From positions 1-36,349 of the IMG/VR virus record IMGVR_UViG_3300028025_000006: 36,349 bases of DNA; one strand, written 5' to 3'. The notes beneath the pieces are model-generated. The model saw nothing but the letters and a program-made list of their open reading frames with translations. It made no database searches and was not told where the DNA came from. The translations under genes and the position numbers were made by a program. Each line of letters opens with the position of its first letter. Position 1 is the stretch's first letter. The stretch is from a virus. Its lineage: Duplodnaviria; Caudoviricetes. Shown here piece after piece: positions 32,134 to 36,349 of the stretch.

Positions 32134-33651
32134 ATGGCTAAAGGACTGCTGACAGATGAGGAGGAATTGCGGAGATTTAACGCAATAGAATCTCAAGCGC
32201 AGCCTTGGTATGCCAGAGCGTTACCTATGGAAGGCAGGGCTACATTCCTGCCGTTTCGGGATAGTATGCCCGGCTCTGTGTTTAACCAGAGAGAGTTAGC
32301 TGTGCCGGGGCTGATTGCCGAGGCTGCTAACGCTATTACTGCTCCCGCTAGATCATTGCTAGGTACAGACCCAGAGTTTGAAGCTGGCAAGGAAGGCGTA
32401 AACATGGCATTTAACGTCATGGGAGGCGGGTTGGGAACAAGTAAGGCTATGCGTAACCCTACAGGTCAGGGTGGTGTTGATCTAGCGATGAACGCCTATC
32501 ACGGCTCTCCGTATGACATTAAAGGTGGTTTTGACATACAGCGCATTGGTACTGGCGAAGGCGCTCAGGTATATGGACACGGTATGTATTTTGCTGAGTC
32601 TAGACCTACAGCACAAAGTTTTGCTGATGCGTTAAAAAACAAAGGCTTTAATTTTAAAGCTGAAGAAGAAAGGCTTGGTTTTGAATTGCCAGCGTCAGCG
32701 CGTGGTCAATTTATGATGTTGGCGCAAGATATGCCTAAAGACCCAATCAAGGCTGCTGGGTGGATACAGTCTGGTAACATTGCCGCTAGGGATATACCTA
32801 AAGAAAAGATTGCAGACTTGTTTCGCGCTTATCAAGAAAAAACGCAAGGCAATTTATACAAGGTTGATATACCTGATGCATCATTACCTATGATGCTTGA
32901 TTGGGATAAGCCTTTATCAAAACAGTCTCCAGAAGTCTTAAGCATTTTAAAAAATAATTCTGCTGTAATGGGTGATTTAAAAGGCGATAAAACTTTAAAT
33001 AATTTAACTGGTAAAGACGCTTATTTGGCTATTGCATCTAGTTTTGATGTTGGTCAAAAAGATGCGTTTAAATTAGCGTCTGAATTTTTAAACCAACAAG
33101 GCATACCCGGAGTGAGATATGCGGATGATGGTAGGCGCGGAGCAAAACCCGGTGAAAGTAATTTTGTAGTTTTTGACCCATCTATAGTTAAAATGCTAGA
33201 AAAAAATGATATACCAGTAGATAAATTACTAGAAGAAGGTTTGTTAGGAACAAATAGTAATAAAAAAGTTAATTTTGGTGTTTCTAAATCAGACGCATCT
33301 GATATTTTCGGGAAAGGTTCTGAAAGAATTAAATATACAGACCCTAATAGCGGTGGCTATATTGACATTCTTGCTAGACCAGATGGGACTGCCTCTGTTT
33401 TATCGCTAGAAGTGCCAAAAGAATTTAGAGGTTCTGGCGTAGGCAAGAGCTTGCAAGACCAAGCGATGATTGATTTTCCTGTATTACAAGGTCAGGTATC
33501 GTCAAAAGCTGCTGCTACTAACGCTTATAAATTAGGCAGAAGACCAGTAGGTAAACCAAACGCTACACTAGATGAAGTGTTAAGAATGATAGATGAAGAT
33601 TCATCTGTTAATTTGGTAACTGTTAAAATGCAAGGATTACTAGGGAACTAA
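32134..33651 (+). CDS. Polyvalent-type protein with an ADP-ribosyltransferase-like domain and a C-terminal GNAT domain
   Basis: AYHGS...FD...IGTGEGAQVYGHGMYFAE...GNLYKVDI...GIPGVRY...NFVVFDP (ART-like); LEVPKEFRGSGVGKSL (GNAT acetyl-CoA motif A). Confidence 0.7.
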   Translation: MAKGLLTDEEELRRFNAIESQAQPWYARALPMEGRATFLPFRDSMPGSVFNQRELAVPGLIAEAANAITAPARSLLGTDPEFEAGKEGVNMAFNVMGGGLGTSKAMRNPTGQGGVDLAMNAYHGSPYDIKGGFDIQRIGTGEGAQVYGHGMYFAESRPTAQSFADALKNKGFNFKAEEERLGFELPASARGQFMMLAQDMPKDPIKAAGWIQSGNIAARDIPKEKIADLFRAYQEKTQGNLYKVDIPDASLPMMLDWDKPLSKQSPEVLSILKNNSAVMGDLKGDKTLNNLTGKDAYLAIASSFDVGQKDAFKLASEFLNQQGIPGVRYADDGRRGAKPGESNFVVFDPSIVKMLEKNDIPVDKLLEEGLLGTNSNKKVNFGVSKSDASDIFGKGSERIKYTDPNSGGYIDILARPDGTASVLSLEVPKEFRGSGVGKSLQDQAMIDFPVLQGQVSSKAAATNAYKLGRRPVGKPNATLDEVLRMIDEDSSVNLVTVKMQGLLGN

Positions 33652-33687
33652 GCTGTACTTAACCCGATGACCCGATAGGAGTCGGAA

Positions 33688-33963
33688 ATGAATTTAATAG
33701 AGAATGAGAATTTAAGTAATAAAGGTAGGGGAAGACCTAAAGGCTCTCCTAACCGCACTACAGCCTCCGCAAAGGAAGCAATTGCTCAAGCCGCAGAAGG
33801 ACTAGGCGGAACAAATAGATTGATCTCATGGGCGCAGGAAGACCCTGCAAACGAGAGAGCATTTTGGGCAACTATTTATCCTAAGCTATTACCGCTACAA
33901 GTAAGCGGAGAAGATGGTGGACCAATACAGGCGGTGATCCGGTGGCAGAGCGAGAAATCGTAA
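33688..33963 (+). CDS. terS: Terminase small subunit (putative)
   Basis: GRGRPKGSPNRTT N-terminus and KLLPLQVSGEDGGPI C-terminus; overlaps the TerL start. Confidence 0.7.
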   Translation: MNLIENENLSNKGRGRPKGSPNRTTASAKEAIAQAAEGLGGTNRLISWAQEDPANERAFWATIYPKLLPLQVSGEDGGPIQAVIRWQSEKS

Positions 33964-35207
33964 TTCCTTATTCGCCCAGAGAGCCTCAGCTAGAGATACA
34001 TCAGGCTTTAGCTGATAACCGCTTTGTGGTGGTGGTAGCACATCGTAGGATGGGTAAGACAGTATCAGCTATCAACCAGTTGGTTAAGTCTGCTATAGAG
34101 TGCAATAGAGAGCGTCCTAGATACGCTTACATTGCACCTACATACAGTCAAGCTAAACGGGTAGCGTTCGATTACCTTACGCATTACACCAGACCGCTGG
34201 GTGCAGAGGCAAACATCAGCGAATTGCGAGTTGACTTCTGGGATCGCAGGATACAGTTATACGGGTCTGAAAACCCAGACTCCTTGCGGGGACAGTATTT
34301 TGATGGCGTGATTCTGGATGAAATTGGGGATCAAAACCCTAAGATATGGAACGAGATCATCCGTCCGGCATTGGCTGACCGACAAGGTTGGGCTATGTTT
34401 ATTGGCACACCCAAGGGTCAGAACCATTTTAAAGACTTGCGTGATAGGGCAACAAGTGAGCCGGGCTGGAAACTCTTAGAGTTCAAAGCCTCGCAGACTC
34501 AGATTGTTAATCAGGACGAGTTAAACGCTGCCAAGCGCGAGATGGGTGATGAGAAGTATGAGCAAGAATTCGAGTGCAGCTTTAGCGCAGCAGTCGAGGG
34601 TAGCTACTACGGCAAGCAAGTAAACGAGTTGGAGTCTAATGGTCAGGTTTGCAAAATAGAGCGCGATGACCTTTGCAAAACCTATGTAGCTTGGGACTTG
34701 GGTATGGGTGACAGTACCTCTATCTGGGTGGCTCAAGTGGTGGGACAAGAGGTCAGGCTGCTAGACTACATCGAGAATCACGGTCAGGGCTTAGATTGGT
34801 ATGTGCGAGAGTTAACCAATAGAAGATGGAACAAGGCACCACAGTTGCTACCGCATGACGTACAGGTGCGAGAGCTAGGTACAGGACGCTCCAGACTAGA
34901 GGTACTACAAGATGCGGGATTGGATTGTACGGTTGTGCCGAGACTTGGCGTTGATGACGGTATTCAGGCGGTGCGTAGGTTGCTACCTCGCTGCTGGTTT
35001 AACGATAAAGACACCAAGCAGGGATTGGACTGTATCCGAAATTACAGACGCGAGTTTGACGAGAAACGCCAAGTTTTTTATGACAAGCCACTACACGACT
35101 GGTCAAGTCACGGCGCAGATGCGTTTAGATACTTGGCGGTAGGCATGGATACCCAGACATCTAATTGGGGCAAGCCTCTCAAGGTTAATACTGGATGGGT
35201 GGTGTAA
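33942..35207 (+). CDS. terL: Terminase large subunit
   Basis: Walker A AHRRMGKT, Walker B GVILDE, motif III IGTPKG, nuclease motifs AWDLG and SHGADAFRY; GTG start. Confidence 0.95.
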   Translation: MAEREIVIPYSPREPQLEIHQALADNRFVVVVAHRRMGKTVSAINQLVKSAIECNRERPRYAYIAPTYSQAKRVAFDYLTHYTRPLGAEANISELRVDFWDRRIQLYGSENPDSLRGQYFDGVILDEIGDQNPKIWNEIIRPALADRQGWAMFIGTPKGQNHFKDLRDRATSEPGWKLLEFKASQTQIVNQDELNAAKREMGDEKYEQEFECSFSAAVEGSYYGKQVNELESNGQVCKIERDDLCKTYVAWDLGMGDSTSIWVAQVVGQEVRLLDYIENHGQGLDWYVRELTNRRWNKAPQLLPHDVQVRELGTGRSRLEVLQDAGLDCTVVPRLGVDDGIQAVRRLLPRCWFNDKDTKQGLDCIRNYRREFDEKRQVFYDKPLHDWSSHGADAFRYLAVGMDTQTSNWGKPLKVNTGWVV

Positions 35208-35392
35208 TGTTGGTAGAACGCCGAGGCAACCCTGTTACAAGGGCAGAATACGACAATTTAATGCAGCGGATTATCGCGCTTGAGGAAATGTATGGACGAT
35301 GGGAAACTGAAGTCGATTCTGGAAAACGAAATCGACAACGCAATCGGGTATTTGGACAGCGAGACAACCCAAGCGAGAACGAAGGCGCTTGA
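35207..35392 (+). CDS. Small hypothetical protein overlapping the portal start
   Basis: TAATG-coupled to the TerL stop; short coiled coil (EYDNLMQRIIALEE); its 3' 101 nt overlap the portal gene. Confidence 0.45.
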   Translation: MLVERRGNPVTRAEYDNLMQRIIALEEMYGRWETEVDSGKRNRQRNRVFGQRDNPSENEGA

Positions 35393-36349
35393 GTTTTACC
35401 TACGTCAGCCCTATGGCAACGAGGTAGAGGGTCGCAGCCAGATCGTTACCGGAGAGGTAGCAGAGGCTATTGATGGCGCTTTGCCACAATTGATTCGCGT
35501 GTTTACTCAGTCAGACGATATTGTGCGCTTTGAGCCTAAGCATCCCGGCGATGAGGAAGGCGCTAAACAAGCTACAGATTATTGTAATTGGGTGTTCTAC
35601 AGTCAGAATCCCGGCTTTACCATCCTGCATAACTGGTTTAAGGATGCGTTATTGCAAAAGAATGGTGTCGTAAAGTGCTATTGGGACATTAAACAAGATG
35701 TCACCAAAGAGGAGTACCGAGGTCTGACAGACGATGAGCTAGTCATGCTCTTGTCAGATGGTAAGTATGAAATCGTAGCGCAGGATACTACAGTCTTGGA
35801 CGGTGGAGTTGGCGATGACGGCGCACCAATTGCCATGCAATCGCATGATGTAATTGTAGCGAAACGTACACAATCCGGCTCAGTCAAGGTAGAGAACGTG
35901 CCTCCAGAGGAGTTCCTTATAAGCAAGAGAGCGAGGGCTGTAGCCGATTCTCCCTTTGTTGCTCATAGGAAACTCTTGCCACGTTCAGACCTAATCGCAA
36001 TGGGCTTTGACCCAGAGATTGTGGCTAACCTACCGTCCTTCAATGATCTGAGCTTTACAGATGAGCGCGTGGCGCGTTACAGCCGCGGTGAGCAGCCGGA
36101 CGAGGATGCAAGCCTAGATGAATCTATGCAGGAAGTTGAGGTATACGAGGCTTATCTACGGACAGATTACGATGGCGATGGCGTGGCTGAATTGCGTCAA
36201 ATCTTCTACGCTGGATCTGATATTCTAAGTAACGAGGAAACAGATTACTTACCGTTTCACTCGCTTTGCCCTATCCCCATCCCACATAAGTTTTACGGCG
36301 AGTCACTAGCTGACCGAGCAATGGACATCCAGTTGATTAAATCGACTGT
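35292..36349 (+). CDS. Portal protein, N-terminal part (runs off the window end and continues at position 128)
   Basis: GAGGA RBS; MDDGKLKSILENEIDNAIGYLDSE...PYGNEVEGRSQIV...FEP...DEEGAKQATDYCNWVF; in frame with the ORF at 99..1124. Confidence 0.92.
   Translation, partial: MDDGKLKSILENEIDNAIGYLDSETTQARTKALEFYLRQPYGNEVEGRSQIVTGEVAEAIDGALPQLIRVFTQSDDIVRFEPKHPGDEEGAKQATDYCNWVFYSQNPGFTILHNWFKDALLQKNGVVKCYWDIKQDVTKEEYRGLTDDELVMLLSDGKYEIVAQDTTVLDGGVGDDGAPIAMQSHDVIVAKRTQSGSVKVENVPPEEFLISKRARAVADSPFVAHRKLLPRSDLIAMGFDPEIVANLPSFNDLSFTDERVARYSRGEQPDEDASLDESMQEVEVYEAYLRTDYDGDGVAELRQIFYAGSDILSNEETDYLPFHSLCPIPIPHKFYGESLADRAMDIQLIKST
36223..36349. repeat. Terminal direct repeat, copy 2
   Basis: Identical to bases 1-127. 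Confidence 0.97.

Overview
The window is a complete, circularly permuted tailed-phage genome of about 36,222 bp; bases 1-127 equal bases 36223-36349 and the break falls inside the portal gene. It has a podovirus-like layout with no tape measure protein, sheath or tail tube, and it infects a Gram-negative host (Rz/Rz1 spanins); a betaproteobacterial host is my inference. A rightward arm (about 29.5 kb to the end, then 1 to 21.7 kb) carries a GT32-like glycosyltransferase, small basic proteins, an ART-like/GNAT polyvalent protein, TerS/TerL, portal, scaffold, major capsid, a GT2-like enzyme, adaptor, nozzle and fibre proteins, ejection proteins, a chaperone-bearing tail fibre and a lysis cassette. 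A leftward arm (29.35 to 21.64 kb) carries tightly coupled early genes: an RHH-fused replication-initiator-like protein with a probable helicase loader, ERF, YqaJ exonuclease, an SSB-like protein, NinB, DUF3310 and a Q-like regulator. I recognise no integrase, CI-type repressor, DNA polymerase, primase or helicase. The most unusual part is the 29.35-30.29 kb control region. It contains divergent promoters placed symmetrically around a TAGG-N7-CCTA palindrome, a bistable terminator/antiterminator leader, a multi-hairpin non-coding RNA followed by an AT-rich tract (possible RNA-primed origin), and a candidate small RNA whose seed is exactly complementary to the ribosome-binding sites of the first early genes. 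All family assignments are motif recognition by eye and were not checked by database search.
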